A DNA stretch of 63,819 nt, filler included, from Theionarchaea archaeon (lineage in GTDB: Archaea; Methanobacteriota_B; Thermococci; Methanofastidiosales; SZ-28-30), in assembly GCA_018992565.1 (NCBI GenBank). It is 3 parts of 3 records of this genome, joined end to end, with 100 filler letters (N's around TTAATTAATTAA, not from the genome) between each part and the next. Parts side by side here need not be neighbours in the genome. Positions count along the whole stretch, not along the records: positions 22,178 to 43,917 come from JACVGW010000046.1; positions 44,018 to 63,819 come from JACVGW010000053.1; 1 more part is not named here. One strand, written 5' to 3'. Shown piece by piece: positions 40,445-50,366 of the stretch; the first letter of the stretch is position 1, and every line of letters starts with the position of its first letter. Both the position numbers and the translations under genes were made by a program. The notes under the pieces are model-generated. The model had not been told where the DNA came from and did no database searches. It saw only the letters and a program-made list of their open reading frames with translations.

Positions 40445-41713
40445 TTAATGAATTCTGCTTAACAGAAATCCCAGTGCAACGAGAATGGCGAGCATGAATG
40501 TTCCTGTGCAAAATCCCTGCTGGGGGCATCCACTATTGCTTCGGGGTCCCTGCTGATTCGGGCAGTTGTCTTCACAGTCATTGAGGCCATCACTATCAGA
40601 ATCTAGGGGACAGCCTCTGGAGTCCACCCGATTGCATCCGGGATTATAGCAATTATCCAGGTCATCGGTGACCCCATCATTATCGGAATCCTGTGGGGCT
40701 TCGACGGGACATCCTTCGTTCTGCCTCTCTCCATATTCTGAAGGACATGCATCCTTACAGTCATTCAGCCCATCTTCATCCGAGTCCTTGGGACATCCAT
40801 GGGAATCTACCACGTCACAGTCAGGATTGTAGCATGCATCCTCATCATCTGTGACTCCATCTTCGTCCTTGTCTTCAACAGGGCATCCGTCATTGGCAGC
40901 AGTTCCTTTTTGACGAGGGCAGTCATCCTCGCAGTCATTGAGGCCGTCATTGTCGGTGTCTTTTGGGCATCCTCTGGAATCAACGAGATTACAATCTGGA
41001 TTGTAGCATCCATCTTCACTGTTGGGCACTCCGTCACCATCATCGTCTGTTTCTTCTTCCTCTTGCTCCTCACCACAAATCATGGACACGTGGATTGAAG
41101 TGGTGGTTCCACTGAGTATAGTGACTGTCTCTTCGATATCCTCGCAGTCAGACTTGGTCAACCGCACGTGGTGTATCCCTACAGGTATATTGGACACAGT
41201 TACCGTCGATGTGAGTGCAGTAGCCCAGTAAGATCCATCGATATAGATATCATATCCTGCTGTATTATTGTAAATGCGCAAAGACCCGGCGCCTGAGCCA
41301 GAACCCATCCCAATAGTGAAGGTGGTACTCCAGGTACCCACTCCTGAGATACTGACTTCTGCCTTGTATGTTGCTGCATCGATAGTGACCATGGCGTTGC
41401 TGGTCTGTCCCCAACTCCAGGTCTTGGAGCTTCCTGGGCCCAGTGTCCAGTTCTGCAAAGCAATTCCAGGCACGTATGCTGTCTGCCACGTAACACCTGA
41501 TCTCTTGTAGATAGTCCACGGATTATTGACAGTGGCGTTAATGTTGGTAGCACCAGTATTGGTTAGAGTGAAGTACACTGTTTCTCCCAGTGCGAAGTCA
41601 GGCTTGCTTGTGGTGAGTATTGCGGAAGCAGTTGGCACAACAGCTAAGAGAGGTACCAATCCCAGACTGCTTAGTACCACAATCACCAGAGTTTTCGTTA
41701 TCGTCGATTTCAT
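40445..41713 (-). CDS. Surface protein: Ig-like + PEGA + thrombospondin type-3 Ca-binding repeats + C-terminal anchor
   Basis: Signal peptide, IYIDG..GIHHVRLTK (PEGA), repeated D.DGV.D..D.C / DGLNDC.D.CP, GFCTGT followed by a TM segment. Confidence 0.88.
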   Translation of the reverse strand: MKSTITKTLVIVVLSSLGLVPLLAVVPTASAILTTSKPDFALGETVYFTLTNTGATNINATVNNPWTIYKRSGVTWQTAYVPGIALQNWTLGPGSSKTWSWGQTSNAMVTIDAATYKAEVSISGVGTWSTTFTIGMGSGSGAGSLRIYNNTAGYDIYIDGSYWATALTSTVTVSNIPVGIHHVRLTKSDCEDIEETVTILSGTTTSIHVSMICGEEQEEEETDDDGDGVPNSEDGCYNPDCNLVDSRGCPKDTDNDGLNDCEDDCPRQKGTAANDGCPVEDKDEDGVTDDEDACYNPDCDVVDSHGCPKDSDEDGLNDCKDACPSEYGERQNEGCPVEAPQDSDNDGVTDDLDNCYNPGCNRVDSRGCPLDSDSDGLNDCEDNCPNQQGPRSNSGCPQQGFCTGTFMLAILVALGFLLSRIH

Positions 41714-41957
41714 TAAGTACTCCTCCTTTGACAGGTGAGAAGGATGAAAAAATCTATAGATATAAACTTTTGCACGAATTCATAGACATGGACGTCTGCA
41801 CAACAGAACGGACATTCAGGAATAGTGACTCCAGATAAGATAGAAGAAAATATGAAGCTCAGTGCAAAGCAGAGTCCTCAACTCCACGCAGATAGCATTC
41901 ATTGTAGACTGCTAGAATGTATCAGCTCAAGATAACCTTTTTAATCCATGATTTTAC

Positions 41958-42497
41958 ATGAGGTTCATGATTCTATCATTTGAAGGCAAGACGCCACACA
42001 TAGATGAGACAGCTTTCATAGCAGGAAATGCGACGATAGTGGGCGACGTCGTTGTTGGAGCCCACTCCAGCATATGGCCAGGAGCTGTGCTGCGAGGTGA
42101 CTTCTCTTCTATCACCATCGGAAGGTACAGTAGTATACAGGATAATTGTGTTATTCATGTAGAAGGAACGTTTAATCCAGCAGATGCCGAGTTCCCAACA
42201 GTCATAGGCGATTACTGCACAATAGGACATGGAGCAATGCTCCATGGATGTCACATCGAGGACAGGACTCTGGTGGGTGCTATGGCTGTTGTCTTTAATA
42301 ATGCCACAATAGGAAAAGGTTCTATTGTGGGAATGGGCTCTGTAATCCCTGATAACAAGAAAATTGCAGCTAGAAAAGTGGTGGTGGGAGTTCCTGGGCG
42401 CGCAGTACGAGACGTCACAGATGAAGAATGGAAGAGATCCAAAGCTCATGCTCTGTTGTATGCTGAGCTTGCTGAGAAGTACAGGCACATCTTGTAG
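41958..42497 (+). CDS. Gamma-class carbonic anhydrase family protein
   Basis: Hexapeptide repeats, LRGD, IQDNCVIH, TIGHGAMLHGC. Confidence 0.95.
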   Translation: MRFMILSFEGKTPHIDETAFIAGNATIVGDVVVGAHSSIWPGAVLRGDFSSITIGRYSSIQDNCVIHVEGTFNPADAEFPTVIGDYCTIGHGAMLHGCHIEDRTLVGAMAVVFNNATIGKGSIVGMGSVIPDNKKIAARKVVVGVPGRAVRDVTDEEWKRSKAHALLYAELAEKYRHIL

Positions 42498-42834
42498 GAA
42501 TTGTCTGTGCTCTCGGGAGAGGCTGGATGCTGATGGTTGAAGGGGAAGAAGTGGCTCCTTAGGACTCTTCTTCCTATCAGTATTCAGAATGTCTGGAAAT
42601 ACAAGACTCCTGTGAGATTCGTGAAAATGATTATAAGCTCTCCAACAAGATGGAGCTGTTTGCAGGTGGATGAGAATTGGGTTTGTCAATTTGCAATATC
42701 AGCAATGGGTTTGGCGATATTCATCAAAAAAAGAATTCCGAAATTGAGTATATTGTAGAATTTACAAACTAGGCGAAAGATTTATATAGGAGTTCGCACA
42801 TTTCACAATTATAAGTTCACTTGAGGTGAAACCT

Positions 42835-43563
42835 ATGAAGAGAGCAATCATCTTAGTCATGGTAGGTCTGGCACTGTCGCTGGTTCCAGTGTTTGCTGGA
42901 GTTCCCATCGTGCAGATTCAAGCACCGAGGCAGGTCACCGAGGGAGATGAGGTGACACTCAAAATCATGATCACCCACGAGGCAAATGACAGTGACCATC
43001 ACATAAATTATGTGTGGCTTTACCAGAACGACAGAATAGTCAAGGAATGGGTATGGACAACGAGCGATTTCATCAAGGATGATCAGTTCACGCTGGAATA
43101 TACTACTGTCCTGACTGAAGACACAGTATTCATCGCCAAAGCTCACTGCACATTGCACGGAGATAAGAAAATCACGTTCAAGATTGAAGTTGAGCCTTAT
43201 GTTGCCCTGCCAAGGGCAATCATTGTGGCCAATGACATTGATTTCAGTAGAGCAGGTTCGCTGGTAGAGTTCCTGGAGGATAATGGATTTGAAGCCATTC
43301 GAGTCACAGCCTCAGAGTTCGAGGAATATAAGGCAGAGGAACTCATTATCATCCTGGGAGGTGCCGATGCTCTCGATGGAATCGGCGAGATTGTGAGATC
43401 TGTCCTTGATGAAAGAGAACAGGAACTGACACGGCTAGGAATCCGATACTTCACAGAGACCGACGTGTGGGCTCCCAACCAGAGAGTATTCGTCTTTTCA
43501 GGAAGAGACAGAGACGAGACAAAGGAAGCACATACGCAGCACAGAGACAAAATTCTAAAATAG
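42835..43563 (+). CDS. Secreted protein: superoxide-reductase-like (desulfoferrodoxin) domain plus S-layer-associated domain
   Basis: GAGGTGA RBS, signal peptide, H..HHI.YV..HCTLHG; C-terminal VANDID..IIILGG..SGRDR.ET. Confidence 0.65.
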   Translation: MKRAIILVMVGLALSLVPVFAGVPIVQIQAPRQVTEGDEVTLKIMITHEANDSDHHINYVWLYQNDRIVKEWVWTTSDFIKDDQFTLEYTTVLTEDTVFIAKAHCTLHGDKKITFKIEVEPYVALPRAIIVANDIDFSRAGSLVEFLEDNGFEAIRVTASEFEEYKAEELIIILGGADALDGIGEIVRSVLDEREQELTRLGIRYFTETDVWAPNQRVFVFSGRDRDETKEAHTQHRDKILK

Positions 43564-43838
43564 GTTTTCATTTTTTTCATTTTTTGATATTTCTCTTTCT
43601 GACTTCTTCACATTGATCGGGTTCTAGCAGGATTTTAGTCACGACGTCTCTTAGTCTCTGATTATTGCGGCACTACTTAGCAACTTTTGCTGTAGCACCA
43701 TCCATACCACGGTATTTCTTCTCTCAATGCGCTGTCCATCTCTATTCTTTCCCCTGCTGCCTCTCTCCATGTTCAGAGCTCAACGCAGGGCTCAGTTGAA
43801 ACCTTTATATAGAACCTCTATATGTAGACTTGATATAT

Positions 43839-43917
43839 ATGTTGTCATTTCACGAGAACCTCATATTGATGATGCTGGTCCCCAAGGAGATGTACGGGTA
43901 CGAAATAATGAAAAACC
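43839..43917 (+). CDS. PadR-family regulator, 5' fragment (not in ORF track)
   Basis: MLSFHENLILMMLVPKEMYGYEIMKN runs into the gap; TTTATATA at 43804-43811. Confidence 0.7.
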
Positions 43918-44017
43918 NNNNNNNNNNNNNNNNNNNNNNNNNNNNNNNNNNNNNNNNNNNNTTAATTAATTAANNNNNNNNNNNNNNNNNNNNNNNNNNN
44001 NNNNNNNNNNNNNNNNN
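43918..44017. other. Artificial scaffold linker (N...TTAATTAATTAA...N)
   Basis: Six-frame-stop 12-mer at 43962-43973. Confidence 0.95.
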
Positions 44018-46072
44018 CAATGTGCAGAAAAATTGTCACATCAGAATAAGACAGTTGAAGTCCTGGATACCATAAAGGGTGAGGAATTGTTGGGAAAAAC
44101 CTGCGTTGCCCCTGGAATAGACAGAGAGATATTAATATTACCTTCTGGATTTTGCGATCCAAATAAGGGGACAGGTCTCGTGACCTCTGTTCCTTCAGAC
44201 GCTCCTGATGACTGGATGGGCCTTTACGATCTACAGGAGGATCCAGAATTGTGCAAGAAATTCGGACTGGATAGAGAACAGGTGAGAAAGGTACAACCTA
44301 TAGCGATTATCACCTCAAAGGGATGGGGAGATTTCCCAGCAGTCGAGATATGTAAGAAAATGCGCATTGAAAGCCAGTATGACAGGGAGAATCTGGAAAA
44401 GGCAAAGAAAGAGATCTACAAGTCTGGCTTCTACACTGGCAGGATGAACAAGAGCTGTGGGAAGTACGCTGGCATGAAAGTAGAAGATGCCAAGGACCTG
44501 ATAAAACAGGAGCTCATCAATGAGGGGAAAGCAGATATCATGTACGAACCCTCAGGGCATGTAGTGTGCAGGTGTCTGACCCCCAGTATTGTCAAAATTG
44601 TCAAGAACCAGTGGTTCATAACATATGGTAATTCTCTGTGGAAGGAGAAAGCTCACCAGGCTGTGGAAAAGATGACTTACTACCCTGAAACGGTGAGAAA
44701 GCAGTTTCACTACGTGGTGGACTGGCTCAATGACTGGGCATGTACCAGGGAGTTTGGACTGGGAACCAGGCTGCCCTGGGACCAGAAGTGGGTTATTGAA
44801 TCTCTCAGTGATTCTACCATTTACATGGCTTTCTACACCTTCTATCACCTGATAAAGGATGTGAACCCGGAAAAGATAACTGATGATGTCTACGACTACG
44901 TCTTGCTGGGAAAGGGTGATCCAGTCTCCATTGCAGAAAAGATGGGAATCCCCTACGATGTCCTGAAGAAGTCAAGAAAAGAGTTCGATTACTGGTACCC
45001 CTTTGATATCAGGACCAGTGGCAAGGATCTGGTACAGAACCATATGACTTTCTGCATCTTCAACCATGTGGCCCTCTTTCCTGAAGAGAAGTGGCCTCTG
45101 GGATTTGCAGTGAATGGATGGGTCATGCTGGATATGCAGAAAATGAGCACATCCAGGGGGATCTCTCTGTTCCTGCGAGAGGCTCTGGATACCTACGGAG
45201 CAGATACCACCAGGATCACGTTGATGTATGGTGGAGAGGGAATAGATGATTCCAACTGGGATACTCAGTTTGCTGACACCATCTGGTCAAAGCTTGAAGC
45301 CTGGCAGAAGTTTGCAGTTGAAACCTGCAGAACAGGGAGAAAAGACATGAAATACATAGATCGCTGGTTTGAGTCAGTAGTCCATGCCATACTGGTGGAG
45401 GTGACAGAAGCCTACCGTCAGATGAACTTCAGGACAGCCCTCCAGAAGGGATTCTTTGACATGCAGCGTTACCTGAGATGGTATCTGAGGCGATGTGATG
45501 AGCCCAACAGCCAGGTGATCTCAGACTTCATTGAGATACAGACCAAGGTGCTGGCCCCCATTGTCCCCCATGTGTGTGAAGAAATCTGGGAGCGTCTCCA
45601 TAAGGAGGGGTTCATCTCACAGGCAGAGTGGTGCTTCCCCGACCAGGAGAAGATTGATCGCACAGTCATCCAGGTGGAGGAATTTGTGGAGCAGGTCATT
45701 GATGATCTCCAGGAGATTGTGAGAGTGGCCAAAATCGAGAATGCTCAGAAAGCATACCTCTACACTACAGAAGACTGGAAATGGGAGGTTATCAACCTGG
45801 TGAGAGACGAGCGTGACGTGAAGTCTGCGATGCAGAAGGCCATGCAGTCAGAAATTGTGAGACAGCACGGAAAAGAAGCCGCCAAGTTCATTCCCAAAGT
45901 TGTACAGGAGAGGATCTTTCCACAGCAGGTCAATGAGGAAGACATTCTGAAAGAGGCAAGAGACTTCATTTCCAGGGAGGTTGGCATGGAAATAGAAATC
46001 AATTCAGTCTATGATCCACAGAACAAGAAAAAAGCAGCATTTCCGGGAAAACCTGGAATCTATATTGAGTGA
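44018..46072 (+). CDS. leuS: Leucine-tRNA ligase, archaeal type, 5' truncated
   Basis: GTGLVTSVPSDAPDD, GLGTRLPWD, ESLSDSTIY, SGKDL..NH, KMSTS, PGKPGIYIE. Confidence 0.96.
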   Translation, partial: QCAEKLSHQNKTVEVLDTIKGEELLGKTCVAPGIDREILILPSGFCDPNKGTGLVTSVPSDAPDDWMGLYDLQEDPELCKKFGLDREQVRKVQPIAIITSKGWGDFPAVEICKKMRIESQYDRENLEKAKKEIYKSGFYTGRMNKSCGKYAGMKVEDAKDLIKQELINEGKADIMYEPSGHVVCRCLTPSIVKIVKNQWFITYGNSLWKEKAHQAVEKMTYYPETVRKQFHYVVDWLNDWACTREFGLGTRLPWDQKWVIESLSDSTIYMAFYTFYHLIKDVNPEKITDDVYDYVLLGKGDPVSIAEKMGIPYDVLKKSRKEFDYWYPFDIRTSGKDLVQNHMTFCIFNHVALFPEEKWPLGFAVNGWVMLDMQKMSTSRGISLFLREALDTYGADTTRITLMYGGEGIDDSNWDTQFADTIWSKLEAWQKFAVETCRTGRKDMKYIDRWFESVVHAILVEVTEAYRQMNFRTALQKGFFDMQRYLRWYLRRCDEPNSQVISDFIEIQTKVLAPIVPHVCEEIWERLHKEGFISQAEWCFPDQEKIDRTVIQVEEFVEQVIDDLQEIVRVAKIENAQKAYLYTTEDWKWEVINLVRDERDVKSAMQKAMQSEIVRQHGKEAAKFIPKVVQERIFPQQVNEEDILKEARDFISREVGMEIEINSVYDPQNKKKAAFPGKPGIYIE

Positions 46073-46248
46073 TTTTCTCTCCTCACTCTTTTTCTCACAG
46101 GTTAGTATACTCTCAACACTGTGAGCTTACACGCCTGCATCGCTGCTCATTTTTGCACATTTCACGAAGGTTTTTCACATTTTTCTCTATTCACTTCCTT
46201 TTCATCCTTAAAGATACTATTACAATCGAAAGATTTATATAGTAGTGT

Positions 46249-46264
46249 TAATCAATATTGATTA
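46249..46264. promoter_or_regulatory. Perfect 16-bp palindrome over the predicted TSS/start
   Basis: TAATCAATATTGATTA, downstream of GAAAGA-TTTATATA (TATA at 46234-46241). Confidence 0.6.
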
Positions 46265-46416
46265 TGAAAAACTTCGACGACATCATTAAGCTAATACAGG
46301 AAGAAGCTGCAGATGGATTTTCCAACAGGGCAGATCTGGAGTTCTGTAAACTCCTGAACTATGGCTATGAGTTCAGAAAAGAATTCATGATGAAAAGGTT
46401 GCAGGAGACCTCATAA
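46264..46416 (+). CDS. Small 50-aa protein, probably leaderless (not in ORF track)
   Basis: MKNFDDIIKLIQEEAADGFSNRADLEFCKLLNYGYEFRKEFMMKRLQETS; consensus BRE/TATA 22 nt upstream. Confidence 0.65.
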   Translation: MKNFDDIIKLIQEEAADGFSNRADLEFCKLLNYGYEFRKEFMMKRLQETS

Positions 46417-46431
46417 ACCAGTTCAAGAATT

Positions 46432-46818
46432 CTACAGGACTACGATCCTCCCTTTCCTTTTCGATTCTTTCAATGCTTTTTTTGCCAGATGAAAATCTTT
46501 CAATGCCTTTACAGGGACATCCGGTGTGATATGTGCAATTCCCACACTGAGAGTCGTTTCACTGAGGTTCCTGATCTCTCTTCTCATAGTCTCCAGGTCT
46601 GTCACTATTGCGTCCATATCTGGATGTGAGCAGTACAGCTGAGCTTCCTCTGTTCCCCGTTCAACGTCCAGCCCATATAAGATGGTGGCCTGATGAATTT
46701 CGGCGAAATCTGCCACTGCATGGCTCAAGTATCGGGTCACAGGGTTCGGAGAATATTCTGTCCATCCCATCTTCCGGGTGAGATCACCGAATTTATCCAG
46801 ATCAAGAGCAATAACCAC
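46432..46818 (-). CDS. Small nucleotide-cyclase/GGDEF-like (GTP cyclohydrolase IIa-like) fold protein
   Basis: IALDLDKF, acidic turn RGTEEA, TLSVGIA, AKKALKESK. Matches the GGDEF/cyclase palm topology but lacks GGDEF. Confidence 0.5.
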   Translation of the reverse strand: MVIALDLDKFGDLTRKMGWTEYSPNPVTRYLSHAVADFAEIHQATILYGLDVERGTEEAQLYCSHPDMDAIVTDLETMRREIRNLSETTLSVGIAHITPDVPVKALKDFHLAKKALKESKRKGRIVVL

Positions 46819-46820
46819 TG

Positions 46821-47426
46821 CTATAGTCTCCCCTCCAGGAACGGTATTTCGTCAAGGGATGTCCATGCCAGATCGCGTTCACATATCTGGGGAAATCCCA
46901 TGTTCTGGGGGAAGTGAGCATCAGATCCCAGCGTTAGAGGGATGTGGCGTCGCTGCGCTTCTTCGTAGAGCCACTGGGGGAGATAGACAAGGGCTTTCTC
47001 AGAAAGTTCCAGGCAGATATTCTCGTCTTTGAATTGTTCCAGCTGGCAAGGCGAACATGAAGCCCCATATGCACAAGGGTGAGCAATAATATCAATATTC
47101 TTCTGGCGGGCCATTGTGAACGCCTCTTCAAGGCTGTATCTCTGTCTGACATGAGCCAGGGAGTAATCAAAGTACTTGGGAATCACAGTATTCGAAGGCA
47201 CATGGATTTCAGCCCCATAGAATACAGGGATATCTGCATGGTCTTTCAGATATTCTACCTTCTCCCTGATCTTCTGCACATTCTTTACTCTATAAGGATA
47301 GTGATCCACAAATCCCAGAGCTTCCAGTCCCAGCAGTTCAGCCTGCAGCATATAGCTATCGATGTATGCAGAATAATCTCTTTGTATGGTATCATGGCCG
47401 ATAATATGGACGTGGAGATCATACAT
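46821..47426 (-). CDS. PHP-domain phosphoesterase
   Basis: DLHVH, FVDH, GAE, IIAHP, LGSDAH. Confidence 0.92.
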   Translation of the reverse strand: MYDLHVHIIGHDTIQRDYSAYIDSYMLQAELLGLEALGFVDHYPYRVKNVQKIREKVEYLKDHADIPVFYGAEIHVPSNTVIPKYFDYSLAHVRQRYSLEEAFTMARQKNIDIIAHPCAYGASCSPCQLEQFKDENICLELSEKALVYLPQWLYEEAQRRHIPLTLGSDAHFPQNMGFPQICERDLAWTSLDEIPFLEGRL

Positions 47427-47616
47427 GGATCAACCTCTGATCCCCTTCTTAAATCAATTTCTCTCTTCTAATGCAGTTAATCATTACGGTTTATCGTTAT
47501 ATGGTTGTACTGTGAAGTTCATTACCAGTAAAAAATGGTGCTTTATTGTGTAATTTATCGAAAGGTTTTTATAGTGTTGATCAACAATACGAGTAGGTGC
47601 GGAGAATACTGATAAG

Positions 47617-47930
47617 GTGATCACTATTCTGATCGATGACAAGGCTCAGGAGATCTTCTGGTTCTTGTGGAGGAACAGGAAGGAACCGTATACTATCAGG
47701 GAAATTGCGCGAGAAACTGAGGTTTCTTATGGGTCTACCTGGGCTATCCTCAAGGAATTTGATGACTTGCAGCTGGTATACGGAATCGAAAAGCGAAGAG
47801 CACATCTGTATGTCCTGAATTTTGATCATCCTTTGTGTTTTCATGTGTGGTCTCTCTTGAACGCTCTCAAACGGGAGAACGTGACTGATCGCAAAGCACG
47901 GGAGACAGTGAATGTGGCAAGAGATGGGTT
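47617..47930 (+). CDS. Winged-HTH protein, 3' end in gap (possibly an HTH-nucleotidyltransferase fusion)
   Basis: PYTIREIARETEVSYGSTWAILKEF..LYVLNFDHP. Confidence 0.65.
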
Positions 47931-48030
47931 NNNNNNNNNNNNNNNNNNNNNNNNNNNNNNNNNNNNNNNNNNNNNNNNNNNNNNNNNNNNNNNNNNNNNN
48001 NNNNNNNNNNNNNNNNNNNNNNNNNNNNNN

Positions 48031-49954
48031 AGGGTTTTTTGTGTCAGATTCACAGCCACGTGCTGTCATTGTGGTGGGGGATACAGCATGCGCCGAGGAC
48101 GTAATTTCAGCCACCCTGCTGGCCACCAGGATAGCTGATATGACGGCACAGACCAGAACACAGGTCACAGAAGTGGTCACCTCTGAGACTGAACACATAG
48201 CTTTTGATATGGTTCCCTTTGTATGGGCCAACTATCATTTTTTGTTTGACCTTACTGAAGATGTGCTGTGGCACTATGACTACCATCTGGAGAATCTCAG
48301 AGATACTATACCGGGAGGGTTTATCCCCACCTGGGGAAGGACATGGGCTTCCCGGACCACAGCCATTAACCTACTGGCAGACTACTACAGCATGCTGGAA
48401 ATCAGGCAGTATGACAGCTCTTCATGGTGGTACATGTTCCATGGAATTCCCTGGAATTTTGAGCACCAGTGCATCAAGAAGGGAGAATCCAGGAAGTATG
48501 GCAGGTATCTGGTTACTGTACTCGACGTGGATGTGGACGAGCTGGAAGTCACTTTGGCCTTGGCCAGTGACACTATGAATGAGAGGATTATTCTCCCGGT
48601 TTACTGCAAGGACTGCAAGCATGTTGTAGGAGAGCTCTTCTGCAATGCCACTGATCCCCTGCCCCCTCTGGAAGCAGCAGACACGCTTCAAGCAGAGTAT
48701 CCTGGGGTTTTTATCAACCTCAAGTACTTCGTGGGTGGGCCTCTTGCACTGCCTGAGGCAGTCACTCGTGCCCAGTGGTACTGGAATGCTACCATCCCCG
48801 CAACTCCTGATACATATATTGATGGCGAATTCACAATTCCTACACCGCAGCTCGACTACTACCTGGAGTATGTGCGCGCATTCTCTGCTTCAATGAGAAA
48901 AGGTGTTCCTTTGAGGGTGTACACCACAGGCGTTTTGACGCATGAGAATGGGCAGGTTAATGTGTTCTTGTCCAGTGACTACTCGTTTGACACTCTCGTC
49001 ATGTACATGGTCCTCTTTGAAAGACGAGTTCAGAGTGGCGGTACTACATATTTGAATGTGGTGCGGATGATATCAGACCCCGTCTATCTCTCTATGAGAG
49101 AAGGGTCCACCTTTGAGTACTCCTACGCCTTTTCAATTCCTGGAGTTGTCACAGATCCAGCTCCTGAGAACATGGGAGCAGTAGTGTTCGTCCAGGACAC
49201 ACTGACCAGGAGGATATACCAGGCAGATGTCCTGGACGTGAAGGAGAAGCAATATGTCTATGAGGTTGATGTGGATGCAGATTTTGATGGTGAACCAAGT
49301 GAGGTGGAATTTGCCATTGAATGCACAAAAATACCATTCCGGGGTGTTCAGGGAAACGCATGGGCCCAGTTCAATGTGTACTGCTTGCAGGACTATGGTG
49401 TCTTATTCCCCATGTGTTGTGATACTCCTTTTTTCAAGGATGAGAGTGCATCGTGGGATCTTGAGATTGAAAAACGGGGGAACCTGGGATATATCCTGGT
49501 GAAGGTGTGCAACCCCTTTGACATTAGCTGCTTGAAGCCGGGTGATGTGATTTATGGACCGCGGCACTTAACTCGTATCGAAATAATCGAAGTTACTGAT
49601 ACATACGTGGAATTCTCTTTTCAGTTCATGAAAATCCAGGAAATGGAAACTGGGAAGGAGCGCATTGTTGAACCCTCCTCATTGGTCTGCCTGGCCCGGG
49701 ATGTGACACAGGAGGAATTCCGGCACAAGAACCTTGTCCTGGTGGGAGGTCCTGCAGTCAATGTCCATACCAGGAGACTGGTGGAAGCAGGAGTATCTCA
49801 GATACTGTGGAGCACCTCCGAGGGTGAATGGGAATTAATCAGAGACGCTTTTGGATTCGGGAATGATGTCCTTATTGTAGCAGGAAAGGACAGAAAAGCC
49901 ACCAAGTTCGCATCTCGAAAGCTGTACTATGCTCTGGAAATGTACGAACAATGA
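48031..49954 (+). CDS. S-layer family protein with inserted Omp28-like domain, 5' end in gap
   Basis: VIVVGDTA.AEDVISA (S-layer N), NLVLVGGPAVN..LIVAGKDRKAT (S-layer C), internal TPDTYIDG..NVVR..GAVVFVQD..IYQA. Confidence 0.8.
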
Positions 49955-50139
49955 TCAGCAGTGGCTACCAGTGCCACAATGAGCATCTTTACTAGGGGTC
50001 TCAGAACCGTACTTCGCAAAAGTGCGAAAACACAAAAACGCTAAATAGAACATATTTTTTCAATTTAAAACACATATTAGCATTTCTCATAAAAAAAGTT
50101 TAAATATCACCTTTTTTATTGCTGGTCGAGGTGATTACA

Positions 50140-50211
50140 ATGTTTATGGAATACACCATAGCACGAACACGGATGGAAGACATCCAGAGAACGTACCAGA
50201 AAAAGGATTGA
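50140..50211 (+). CDS. Putative 23-aa small peptide
   Basis: MFMEYTIARTRMEDIQRTYQKKD; GAGGTGA RBS at 50128-50134; TTTAAATA at 50099-50106. Confidence 0.4.
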   Translation: MFMEYTIARTRMEDIQRTYQKKD

Positions 50212-50366
50212 GAAGATCTCAGGATCTTCATTTCTCTTCTTGCATTTCTGCTGTTATTATGAGATTNNNNNNNNNNNNNNNNNNNNNNNNNNNNNNNNNN
50301 NNNNNNNNNNNNNNNNNNNNNNNNNNNNNNNNNNNNNNNNNNNNNNNNNNNNNNNNNNNNNNNNNN

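Noticed and set aside
47912..48030. ORF calls running through N gaps (also 10940-12313 tail, 50208 start, 1578 start)
   Set aside because: The 100-N gaps have unknown true length, so fused frames are unreliable.
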